NCBI GenBank assembly: GCA_002633005.1
Contig: NMRA01000021.1
Location: 1,690,669-1,754,350 of the forward strand
Reading direction: 5' to 3'
DNA length: 63,682 bases
Source: Phoronis australis
Taxonomy: Eukaryota > Animalia > Phoronida
Shown: piece after piece, positions 1 through 10,280 of the stretch
How positions within the stretch are numbered: the stretch's first letter is position 1
Layout: each line of letters opens with the position of its first letter
The notes under the pieces: generated by a model
What the model was told of the DNA's origin: nothing
Database searches by the model: none
What the model saw: only the letters and a program-made list of their open reading frames with translations
Made by a program: the position numbers and the translations under genes

Positions 1-297
1 TTTTTTTTGGAAGAACAACTTCCATTCACGTAGACGCGAGAACATAACTTTTTCTCCCACAGCGGATTTTGGGGTCTCCGTACACTATGGAAGCTAACGC
101 CTCTGCATTTCGCCTGCGTAGCCGAACAACCGGCCACACAGCAGCCGACCATGATTAGCAGACGACGTACTTGCCGGAAATTACACCAGATAATTTAGCC
201 AGGTGTCGCCAGTGAATAATGACGTAAGGGCTTGTGCGCAAGCTCACAGATTTCGTCCATTGAAAGTATACGGAGTTGGCGGTCCATGTACTATAGT

Positions 298-666
298 CTA
301 TGATACCACAAACTGGCATGCGGTCTTTATCAGTGCAAAGCAAACTTGACGGATTGCTCGTCCCACGGTCGATTTGCCATACATCAGAGATTCCCCGATG
401 AGGGTGTAATGAGAGCCTGAGGCGAGGAAGCGGAGGGTCAGGAGGAGTTTGTAAAGAGGCGGTAACGATGTGTTGCTGTGATATTGGTTCAGATTGATTA
501 GATTTAATATGAAGACTATGGTGTTGGGTAGGAAGCGGTACCTACGGAATACTTCCTCGCTACTCAGGCTCTCCAACGGGTTTTGTCGGTCTGGAAGTGG
601 TCTTCGTATTGCAGCGAATGCCCTTTTTCTACCTCTATTTCTTAAATAATGTCTAACGTCTGCCAT
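298..666 (-). pseudogene. PIF/Harbinger transposase (HARBI1-like) N-terminal fragment
   Basis: ORF has the Harbinger N-terminal pattern (DRQNPLE..S.EEVFRRYRF, LLLTLRFLASGS.Y..IG, KSTVGRAI..VC) and stops before the DDE domain. Sequence below about 300 does not continue the protein. Confidence 0.85.
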
Positions 667-672
667 TTTTTA

Positions 673-845
673 TTTTCGAGTGCGATTAGCAAACTTGAAA
701 TTTGGAATCAAAACTCAAAATTTCGAGTCAAAAAAATTTCGAGTCTGACATTAGGCACGCCTATTTCGAGTTTGGACTCCAGTCGAGTTGAAAAAGAGAT
801 TTCGAGTCCGAGTTCGAGTTCGAGTCTGACATTAGGCACCGGGCC
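673..845 (-). mobile_element. Harbinger terminal/subterminal region
   Basis: On the minus strand CTG is followed by GGCCCGGTGCCTAATGTCAGACTCGAA. There are many TTCGAGT repeats and a duplicated TTCGAGTCTGACATTAGGCAC block, all directly upstream of the transposase ATG. Confidence 0.7.
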
Positions 846-1759
846 CAGCTTCAACCTTCATGATGTGTTTGTCGTCAAAGCAGCCGTCCTCAAAATGGTC
901 GGAGCATATTTCGGCTGACTCGACAGTCATTTTCAAAAGACGAGCAGAGCACACGAAAACCTGCCATTACGCAGCCAGATGCTTGTCTTTTTAGAATTTA
1001 AATGGGCTCATGCCTTCCACCTGAGTGGTGTTAAAATAGTTAGCACACACACACCGATGCACCATGGCTAAAACGCGCCAAGGTTGAACGGTCTTTGTTC
1101 TTCGTGTACTGTGATATAATAGCAGTGAACTGCATTGTGGGATATGATCTGGTTTGTGTTCCCCAACACCATGTCACGGTGTCAAAGGTCAACTTTTCGC
1201 GCATTTTCTTATTTTTGCCTTTTTTAAAAAACTAAAGGTACAATAATACGATGATTTGAATAAAATACATCCAAATAGCAATATCTTGAAGATATTATTG
1301 CAATTTAACATACTTGGACCTTGCAAATTAGACTTTAAGACCCCGAGATTTCACGGGACTGGTCGCAAGAATATGCACTTTGCATTTCCGGTTACCCGCT
1401 CGACTGAGTTTTCGGATCGTATGATTATCAAATCATGCCTGAATTGGTTCATTTTCATTATGTCATTTTCGTTCATCGTGAAATTATCAAGCGAGGTTCT
1501 TGAGGTTCAGTTCTAGACAACCAGCTATTTCTCTGCAAAATTAGTCAATTGGTCATTCTTTTCACGCACCGATCGGTGTCCCGGCCTGGCTGAAAGCCGG
1601 GAATTTCACAGTTAGTCTGGACTTGATCCAGTATCAGAGACACTTTCGGCAACCCAATGTCAATTCGATTTCTCAGCAGTAGTTATCTAGAGTGAAATGA
1701 AATTAATAAAGAATACCCTGTAAAAGAACCCTATACTTTGTATTACAGACAGCGTCCAT

Positions 1760-2997
1760 TGTACTTGCCAATTGTCCAACTCTTGGCAGGCTGTCCCATT
1801 TTTATATTTTTCCGCCATTCCGCCACACCATCAAAATGTCCCGCTTTTTGACATACGGCGAAATTGACATATTGTCGTATACTATTGTGATTTACCAGGC
1901 AACATAACCGTATTTTCAGCTTCGACTAAAAGAAAAAACCCGGATGTTTCATTTCTGGTGCAACTGCAATTTCTCATTCGACTCATAGGCGGATTTACAG
2001 GGGGGGGGCAGGCCCCCCCTCTTGGCTGACGCAAAAAAAAATAAAACAGCAAGAGCGTAGGGAAATGTTGAGTTTATGAATTAACCCCGGTAATTAAAAT
2101 TATACGGCTGAAACAAGATTTAAATATGTGCAGTTTTAGTGTTGGGGGGGGCGCTCAGATCCAATTTCAAATGTCAAATTCGGAACACGGCGCAATCGTA
2201 ACGGAACTCTGGCTAAGTATAGGCTCTCCCGCGATATATCAGGCGACCAGCAGAGGCGCTGGGCACTACGACTCGGTTTCCGTCGTCTGTGCCACTGTGC
2301 AATGAAGAAAAATACTTCATTTTTTAAAGAAAATGGAACCTGAGTGATGATGAAAATACAGAACCTGTTGGTAAGATGTCAATTTTAATCGAAGCCTTAG
2401 TGAATCACTTAGAAACTCATAATTCTCTCTTTGTCAAACCTTAACTTAAGACGATTTCCAAAGCAATCGCGTTATTATTGCCAACACAAAAAAACGGATT
2501 TGGTCTTTTGGGCAATTGAAGACCACTTTAAATACAACAAATTCGTTACGAACTGATTGCACAAAATATAAAACATGTAATAAGCATAAAAAATGAAGGA
2601 GGTTTCGTGCGCAAACGCTGTTTAGCATAAACAAGTAGGCCTCTTAGTATCGTTTTTTCCTTTCTTTCTTGGATAATACTTCGGGAATCAAGGAAAATGC
2701 TTGATTTTTAAAGGAAAAAACAGAAAAATTTCCTGGGCGGGAGGGGGGTTTGCCCCCATTCGGTGATATGCGCATCTATAATCGCGCTCTGAGCAAATGT
2801 TTGCAGACAAAATGTTGGCCCCCTTGTGATATCGTAGATCCGCCACTGCGACTAACAAATGAAAAACGTTGTCGTGTGCTTTAGGGTGTAACCTCCTTTC
2901 GTTTTAGCAAGGACCCAGATGTAACGCTTCTTATCCGGATGCCCCGATTTTCAATCCAGTTATCCAGTTTCTTCATTGTAGAATGTTGACAACTATG
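1760..2997. mobile_element. Old non-autonomous hAT-like element (host of a nested insertion)
   Basis: Imperfect TIRs (TGTACTTGCCAA ... GTTGACAACTATG). Both ends align in reverse complement to a second copy at about 7587-8028. Confidence 0.55.
1984..2848 (+). mobile_element. Nested hAT-like non-autonomous DNA transposon with 5-bp TSD
   Basis: TIRs CATAGGCGGATTTAC / GTAGATCCGCCACTG with G/C-run subterminal motifs. Direct repeat CGACT at 1979-1983 and 2849-2853. Confidence 0.7.
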
Positions 2998-3844
2998 CAA
3001 CAGTTGTTCCAAATAATATTGTCTCTTTGTTATGAATACTGTCGTTTCAAACAGCCTACTTTCGTTAGTAACATAACAACCGTAAAAATGTGTTCCAAAG
3101 TCTCTTATTTACGGCAACACACACTACACGTATCACTGATTTTTACTTTGCGAAAGAATGATTTTATTTCTAAATTTCTTTTTTGAAGTCTTAAACTGCA
3201 ACGATGAATGTAATAAGCTAACCGCAGATGTTTGAACATTATGTAATCTATATGAAAAACCCTCATCTTCAAATTTCGGGTACGTATTTCAAGTAATGAG
3301 TTTATCGCATTTTTGCCATCTAACGTCCAAAATATATAAAGATGTACAGTTTTGTATGAAAACCTGACGAAATTCTTCACAGCAACATCCGTCGCTTATT
3401 CCCAGGTCTCAGACGTTAATTAATTCATCCATGCTTGAATGCAACAAGAGATTACATTTTGTCACTTTAGATTTTGAATCACGTTCGTTTAAACGCTATT
3501 TCTGAAATTACTAAATTGGACATTTGCAATAAAATTGATTCAAACCGTGTTCTTGCGCTTTTGACTTTTGTTAAAAATCGATCGTTTTTGTTAATTAATT
3601 AGACAATTAATACATAAAGTGTTTTATTGTTACACTTTTTGCTATTTGTTACATTTTTGGAAGTAATCTTACTTTTTAGAATTACAAAATATTTTTAACC
3701 TGTGAGATATGCAAAATGATAATTTTTTATGAAGTAAATTATTTTTCTTTTGCTTCTGGTATAACCATACTCCAGCAAGAGCACATGAAAGATCTTTAAA
3801 GTGCTTAAAACCACTATTTATTTGTTGCAAGTAAACAGGACTTT

Positions 3845-4893
3845 TTGAACCAACGTTTGTGGTTTAATAGTAACTTGGCGATCGGAGGCACAGGTGTTTT
3901 TTATAAGCCTTGGTTTGTAAAAGGCTTGAGATTTATTAGAGATATTTATACCTCTGATGGTGATTTTGTTAGTCTAAACAATATGAAAAATAGGTTCGAC
4001 GTGAAAACCAACTTTGTAGAATATAATGGTGTTTCTGTTCTAAGAAGGTTTCAAAAAAGTCTATTTCAAAGTAAATTTAAAAGTGTTAATATCTACTCTC
4101 CTTGCATGCCTTTAGCAATTACTCACTTACGGAAAGATTTGAAGGGTTGTAGACATATTTGTTCAGTCTTTAATAACGTTAAGAAACCTAAGTCGGAGTC
4201 TAAATGGGAAATAGAGTTAGGAGATAGTTTAGATTGGAAGAAAATATATGCTTTACCTTACAAAATTACAAAGGATCCCCATATTAGATGGTTCTAATTT
4301 AGAATAATTTAGAATAATACATAGAATTATTGCAACAAATACCTTTTTAGTCAAAATATGTGTTAGGGATTCTGATCTATGTTCCTTTTGTAATAAAGCT
4401 CCAGAGACGCTGTCACACCTTTTTTGGGAATGTAGCTTTGTACAAGATTTCTGGAAGGAATTCGAAAAGCTACTTCAAAAGTGTGGCATTCAGTTTCCCA
4501 ACTGTCTGTCTTACGATATTGTTATTCTTGGACTTTACAAGACGCATGATTTTCTATTTAACATTTTGCTGCTACTATCTAAACAGTACATTTACAAAGA
4601 GAGATGTCACAAAAATATACCTAATTTTCTCAAGTTCGTTACAAAAACTTATGAATACTATAATGCTGAAAAATTAAATGCACATAAAAACTTTGTACAT
4701 GACAGCTTCTCTGCACAATGGGAAAAATTTATTGTTCTTGTTAACTTCATGTAGAAGATATTTACTTTAAACGAGATATGAGAATGGTCTTCCTGAGGTG
4801 TGCATGCGTGAATGAATGGTGTACTTATTTGTTTGTTTGTTTTTGTAATTGTTTTGTAAAGGATAATAAATACATAAAAAAAAACAAAAAAAA
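3845..4893 (+). mobile_element. 5'-truncated L1/Tx1-clade LINE, ORF2 C-terminus plus poly(A) tail
   Basis: Peptides LWFNSNL..G..VFYKPWFVKG.RFI.D, ESKWE..DWKKIY, RIIHRIIATN..L, CSFCNKAPETLSHLFWEC (zf-RVT). Contains a stop and a 10-nt duplication near 4295. AATAAA and an A-rich tail at about 4865-4893. Confidence 0.85.
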
Positions 4894-5313
4894 CTTAGGA
4901 TTTGAAGCTAACCTTGGTAACAATGTAGGCTTAAGTATGGTTGCTTTTTACTAGGCCTTGTAGAACGTCAGACAGATAGCTGACGATTCAGAGTTCTAAA
5001 CATGTTTTTGCATTTATTCCATTGGAAACACGTCAAATGACCACAAAAACGTAGGTCAAATAAATTTCTTTGTGCCAATTTGCGATGTTTTATTACTAAT
5101 GTGTCGTGCACAAACCTCTATTCTTCCATTTTTTGGATTCGCACCTCTCGAATGATTGATTTTTTTACATACCACGAGAGAGACAATCCTGAGGCTGAAT
5201 ACGCTCGTCATTATGTTAAAATCTAGCTAGAGGTGTCTGTGTTGTCGTGTCCATGAACTTCGGTAAAAAGTGCCGAGACAAAATCAATCGACTGAGCGTT
5301 TTGTCTAAGAGCC

Positions 5314-5321
5314 TATTTAAA
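5314..5321 (+). promoter_or_regulatory. Candidate TATA box of GPCR copy 1
   Basis: TATTTAAA in the context AGAGCC-TATTTAAA-GCCA, about 60 nt before the ATG. The paralogous position in copy 3 is TATATAAA. Confidence 0.5.
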
Positions 5322-5379
5322 GCCAATGCAAACACAGTAGTTACAGAGGAATCGTAAGCTGAAGTCGAGGGAGGCCTGT

Positions 5380-6387
5380 ATGCCTGAAATGAAAGTTATG
5401 AACTACACGAATACTTCAGGGACACAAACACCATGGTACACGCAAGAGATCATTCCTGATGGCGTTCTAGTTGTACACATGATACTTGAAATGTTAATAA
5501 TAGTTGCAGCTGTTTTTGGTAACTCGTTGGTGATTGGAGCATACGTTGTGAGCGTGACAATACGTATGGAACCAAGCAATGTATTTATTATTTCGTTGGC
5601 TGTTGTGGATTTAACAACAGCGCTAGTTGGTGTCCTCGTAAATATTTTACAAAGGTTTATCATTCCGCTTTTCTGGAGAAGCTTGCCCATTGACGCCCTG
5701 ACGAGCTTTGAGATGTGTATCTTTGCAATATGCATCAAGTCTTTTCCCATCGCAGTTGGATATAACGTTCTTGTCGCAATAGCCGTGGACCGACTCCTTT
5801 TTATCGTTTTCCCACTGCGCTACGCGGTTATCGTGACGCGTCAAAAATGCTTGCTTATGATAGCGGTCGCATTCGTTTACCAAGCAGTAAATATTATCTG
5901 GCTGGCATCTGCCGCTTCCAGAAACAATTACAGTCCAGCCGAGGACAGGTGTGAACTCAGTGAAATATATCGTCAAGTGGGAAACAGAGTCAGAGGATTT
6001 ACATTTGGAACGTTAATTCCAATTCTTCTGATAATCTCGCTTCACTCCACAGTTGCTCTCATTGCATACCGGAAGAAAAGGAGTGACGTGGCATCTGCAG
6101 GACATGTTCAACCGTCTCAAGTGAGAGGTTACAAGATTACAGTTTTCATGCTACGGATTGTTGTGTTATTTCTTATTTGCAATTTGCCAGTTATTTTTGT
6201 TTTGACCGTTTCAAACACAAAAGAGATCCCTTGGTGGATGATTTATGTTAGATACGTTTTTGTTGAGCTGACGTTTTTTAACTCGGCCTTAAACCCGCTT
6301 GTCTATGCAAAGTCCATAAAGGAATTTTCCAACGAATTTAAAAACCTTTTGCGCGTTACAAGAACACCAGAAACAAATCAGATTTAG
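5380..6387 (+). CDS. Intronless class A (rhodopsin-like) orphan GPCR, copy 1, 335 aa
   Basis: Seven hydrophobic segments with GN (TM1), SLAVVD (TM2), C3.25 plus an ECL2 Cys, AVDRL..IVFPLRY (DRY variant), FLICNLP (TM6) and NSALNPLVY (NPxxY). N-terminal N-glycosylation sequons. Confidence 0.95.
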   Translation: MPEMKVMNYTNTSGTQTPWYTQEIIPDGVLVVHMILEMLIIVAAVFGNSLVIGAYVVSVTIRMEPSNVFIISLAVVDLTTALVGVLVNILQRFIIPLFWRSLPIDALTSFEMCIFAICIKSFPIAVGYNVLVAIAVDRLLFIVFPLRYAVIVTRQKCLLMIAVAFVYQAVNIIWLASAASRNNYSPAEDRCELSEIYRQVGNRVRGFTFGTLIPILLIISLHSTVALIAYRKKRSDVASAGHVQPSQVRGYKITVFMLRIVVLFLICNLPVIFVLTVSNTKEIPWWMIYVRYVFVELTFFNSALNPLVYAKSIKEFSNEFKNLLRVTRTPETNQI

Positions 6388-7586
6388 TAAAGTAGCAGAG
6401 TGGATTATTTTTGTATAATTGAGTTGTTTTGTTTTGTTTTGATTGACTAATTTGTCAGTTGGACATTTTTTCGTTATCATGGTTCGTAATATTATTTCTG
6501 CACGTAACGATATTCATCTATGTATGCATAAAATTGCTCACGTGCAATTTACTTTGTAACTGGTTGAAGTGGGCTTGTGGTTGTTGGAGGCTGGTAAGTT
6601 CGATATACAGCCAGAACATATCATATAGAGAGAGGGAGATAAAACTTGTTTAATGAGACAAATGCAGGGTTCAAATGTAGCGCACATTATTGAAAATATG
6701 TACAACTTTAACGACAAATATTAATACACTGCGAGATACGTCATAACAATGTTTACATGAACACCTGTTACGTGTGTGTGCACATGAACTGAAACATTTT
6801 ATGGCCAATTCATGAAATGAAATTAAAATGCTAGAGCAACTTCTCTTTCTTTCTCTTATCGATATGTTCTTAAATTATTTATTGCTTTTGACATTTTAGA
6901 AACTAATAAGGCGGATTTCAACAATAATTTAATTCTGAAATAATGATCATTTTCATACCAGACAGGTTTAAAAAATATTTTTAATTCTAATAACCAAGAG
7001 TGTTACCAAAATATGAAGAATAACAGGGTGTAATAGTAACACAAAAACGAAATGATCCAGAGAGGTTATATAAATGACTAATTAAACCTGCAGGAGACAA
7101 TTTCAATGATTCAAAAGATTTGTACTCTACAAAAACGAGAATATGCATCGGTCACACTTCCTGTCAGGCATTCATCAAAATTGCACATCTTTATACAATA
7201 AATAAACCTTGGGTGCCGTTTGAGACAATTGCCTTATCTGGAAAACTCAAAATGTGATAAACTAATTACTACAATTATCTATCCGAAATTTGCATATAAA
7301 GATTTCTGATCAATAAAAAATGGGCAAACATTTATTATGCAGCTTTAAAATGTACTGTGGATAGTCCGTTACCTTGGTTGCAGTGTAAGACTTTCCATAG
7401 AAGTTCAGAAATAAACTCTTTTCTTCAGAAAGTAAAAATTTGTGATCCTCATGCATGAACAGTATGTTACCGTAAGCAGGAGACATTGGAATACATTTTA
7501 CGATTGTTATATGAAAAAAAAGTGGATACTGGAAAATAACAATATTCACAACAAAGGGATAATATGTTCATTTGAACACCCTTTAC

Positions 7587-8028
7587 AATTGTTGTCACCG
7601 TAAACCTTCAAGAATGGAATAGCGGGACAACTGGATTGAAAAACGGACTCCCGGATAAAAAGCGGAGGAGATTTGGGTCCGAGCCAAAACACAAGGGCTA
7701 CATGTTCACCGCAACACACAAAAACATCCCTACAGAGTTTTTTGACGAACGGGAGACGTAAGACCTAAATGTGCCCGACGGCATTTTTAGTCTTTTTTAA
7801 GTCGACTGGGAATTTTCGGGCGCCGCAAAAGCCCATGAAACGTACCGAATATCAATCGAACGCAAAAATATAGCTATGTCGTGTGGGAAAACTTGATTGT
7901 ATATGGTATATGATAATACATCAGTTTTGCCATTTGTCTAAAAGCGGAAAATTTTGATGGTGAGGCAGGATGGCGGTGAAAATTAAAAAACTGGGACAGT
8001 TCGCCAAGAGGAGAAAAATTGGCAATGA
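7587..8028 (-). mobile_element. Second copy of the hAT-like MITE family seen at 1760-2997
   Basis: Reverse-complement similarity at both ends, e.g. AAAAGCGGAAAATTTTGATGGTG..CTGGGACAG..GCCAAGAG..AATTGGCAA and ACTGGATTGAAAA. Confidence 0.55.
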
Positions 8029-8463
8029 GAACACTGTACGGTGTCAGCAACACAAAGTATTGCATTGGATTATTTTACAATGTAAACTTTTCATTATTTA
8101 AAGTTTTATTTCGCGGGTAAAGGCAAATACTATAGAAAACAGTGCTGCCCAGAAATCGAATTAAAAACGGCATTTGGGTAACAGGTAAACATTGCACAAA
8201 TGAATTATTATAGTTTTCGAAAGTGACATAAACACACATGTTAGTAAGCCCTAAACTTTTCAAACACTCAGAAACCAAATGTCACGTAAAATACTATAAC
8301 ATAATTTTAACACCCAAAAGTTTCTTCATGAAACCCATCATTCTATTCCATATACGTCGAACAATTCCTGGGTCAACATTTTATCGTTACTTAGTAGTCC
8401 TGCATTTGATAATTTCGTACGCACAACATCCTAAGATCGCTTGATAACGAAATTACATTTATA

Positions 8464-10075
8464 CCACAATATTAGCGTCAAATGGCAGATACAACCGTGT
8501 AATAACCCATAAAGTTATCTCACTAGTTAGATAACATTTTGGCGGGAAACCGAGGCCGGATTCGAACCCGGGCCCCACTCAGCGGCTGACGTCATCGAAC
8601 GTGAAAATAGAATACTTAAATGAGCACGCGCAACAATTGCATGTTCAGCAAAGGGCATTGCACCGACATTTATACGCTATGAAAAATATGACGCATAATT
8701 TCCATAAAAACGATATTTTAATTCAGTGAAATTTTTCTCTCGTGTTCTCTCACTTGTAAATCACCGATCTCCAATTTGAATGCGGGTATCGTGTCGTCGG
8801 GATCGCTTGACTTAAGCATTATAGTCAGTTACTAGTGGTAACATACTTTAGCAGACGATATTTTCCCGGTCGAAGCTTGGCGTTATAAAATGTGTAGTAA
8901 CCTATAATAGTTGCTAAACCTTTTAATTTATAGATTCACTTTATTTCTACTTTGTTTAAATTTCCAATTGGTTTTGAGTATAAGCATTATTTGACAAAAA
9001 TAGCTCGGCTTTTCTTAAAAGGTCACGACCTCCGACCCCGGCCTCTGACATAGAAAGTAGTTACAAAGCCGAGGCGAGTCGAGAAAGGTAGATCGATTCA
9101 TTGCAATGTTTTTCGTTTAGTATGTGGTACAAATATAGATTATTACATGTTCTCAGTCGTTATCCCCCGTTATCTAGAGCCCTCGTGGATTTTGGAGAAT
9201 TATCACCCTCGGGCGATAATTCTCCAAAATTCACTCGGGCTCTAGATAACGGGGGATAACGACTTCGCCACAATATTAGCGTCAAATGGCAGATACAACC
9301 GTGTAATAACCCATAAAGTTTTCTCACTAGTGATATAACGATTTGGCGGGAAACCGAGGATGGAGTCGAACCCGGGACCCTAGTGTTGCTGGTCAGCGAC
9401 TTTACCGCTACACCACGCAGCGACTGACGTCACCAAGAGTGAAAATAGAATACTTAAATGAGCACGCGCAATAATCGCACGTTCAACAAACCGCATTGTA
9501 CTGTACTTATACGCTACGAAAAATAAGACACATAATTTCCATAAAAATGATATCTTAATTCAGTGAAAATTTTGTCTTGTGTCCTCTTACTTGTAAATCA
9601 CCGATCTACAGTTTGAATGCGGGTATCGTGTCGTCAGGACCTTTGACTTGAGAATTATATTCAGTTACCAGTGGTAACCTACTTTAGCAGACGATAATTT
9701 CCCGGTCGAAGCTTAGCGTGAAAAAAACGTGTTTTAAGCTATAATAGTTGGTAAACCTTATTTCTGTTATATTTAAGTTTTCAATTGGGTCTGAGTAAAA
9801 GCATTACTTGACAAAAATAGCCCGGCTTTTCTTAAAAGGTCACGACCTCCGACCCCGGGCCTCTGACATAGAAAGTAGTTACAAAGACGTGGAGAGTCAG
9901 AAATGGTAAATCGATTCATTGCAATGTTTCTCGTTTAGTATGTGGTATAAATAGATTATTACATGTTATCCACCTTATCTAGAGCCCTCTTGGGGCGTTA
10001 GCCCCGAGGGTGATAATTCTCCAAAATCCACTCGGGCTCTAGATAACGGGGGATAACGACTTCGCCATGTAAAAT
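8464..10075. repeat. Head-to-tail dimer of an about 800-bp element ending in a long palindrome (possibly Crypton-like non-autonomous element)
   Basis: Units 8464-9267 and 9268-10075 both start CCACAATATTAGCGTCAAATGG and end GGGCTCTAGATAACGGGGGATAACGACTTCG. Near-perfect palindrome at 9155-9264. The family assignment is inference. Confidence 0.8.
9344..9424 (-). repeat. tRNA-derived (Pol III A/B box) cassette inside the dimer
   Basis: Minus strand has A box TGGTGTAGCGG (9405-9415) and B box GGTTCGACTCC (9362-9372). The stems do not fold as a true tRNA. The unit-1 copy (about 8540-8590) has an internal deletion. Confidence 0.65.
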
Positions 10076-10084
10076 CTGTATTTA

Positions 10085-10280
10085 TTAATAAAAATAACAA
10101 CGGATTTAAGCCGGCTTGACATGTTTCGGCGTTTATTGAAACACCATCATCAGAAGAGTAAAAACACAGTGGCCACTGTTGTTGGGCCTAACTAGGTGGT
10201 TACTGTGTTTTTTTTCTTCTGATGATCAATAAACGCCGAAACATGTCAAACCGGTTTAAATCCGTTCTTGTTTTTATTAA
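10085..10280. mobile_element. Foldback element made of inverted Penelope-like (pLTR-type) termini
   Basis: Arms 10085-10176 and 10196-10280 are inverted repeats. Each carries a CTGATGA...CCGAAACATGTC motif. Confidence 0.7.
10112..10158 (-). ncRNA. Candidate minimal type I hammerhead ribozyme
   Basis: Minus strand reads CUU-CUGAUGA-U-GGUGUUU-caau-AAACGCC-GAAA-C-AU-G-UC-AAG. This gives an intact core, a 7-bp stem II, a minimal stem III with palindromic ACAUGU, a GUC cleavage triplet and a 3-bp stem I. Confidence 0.65.

Noticed and set aside
649-918. Ser-rich 89-aa ORF
   Set aside because: It is a translation of the Harbinger subterminal TTCGAGT repeats.
5403-5976. Antisense ORFs recurring in all GPCR copies
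   Set aside because: These are shadow frames of the duplicated sense gene with variable ends and no independent motif.
5380-6387. Opsin or biogenic-amine receptor identity for the GPCRs
   Set aside because: No Lys at 7.43 (Phe/Tyr) and no Asp at 3.32, so no gene symbol was assigned.
9344-9424. Functional tRNA gene
   Set aside because: A and B boxes are present but the acceptor and anticodon stems do not pair, and it lies inside a repeat.
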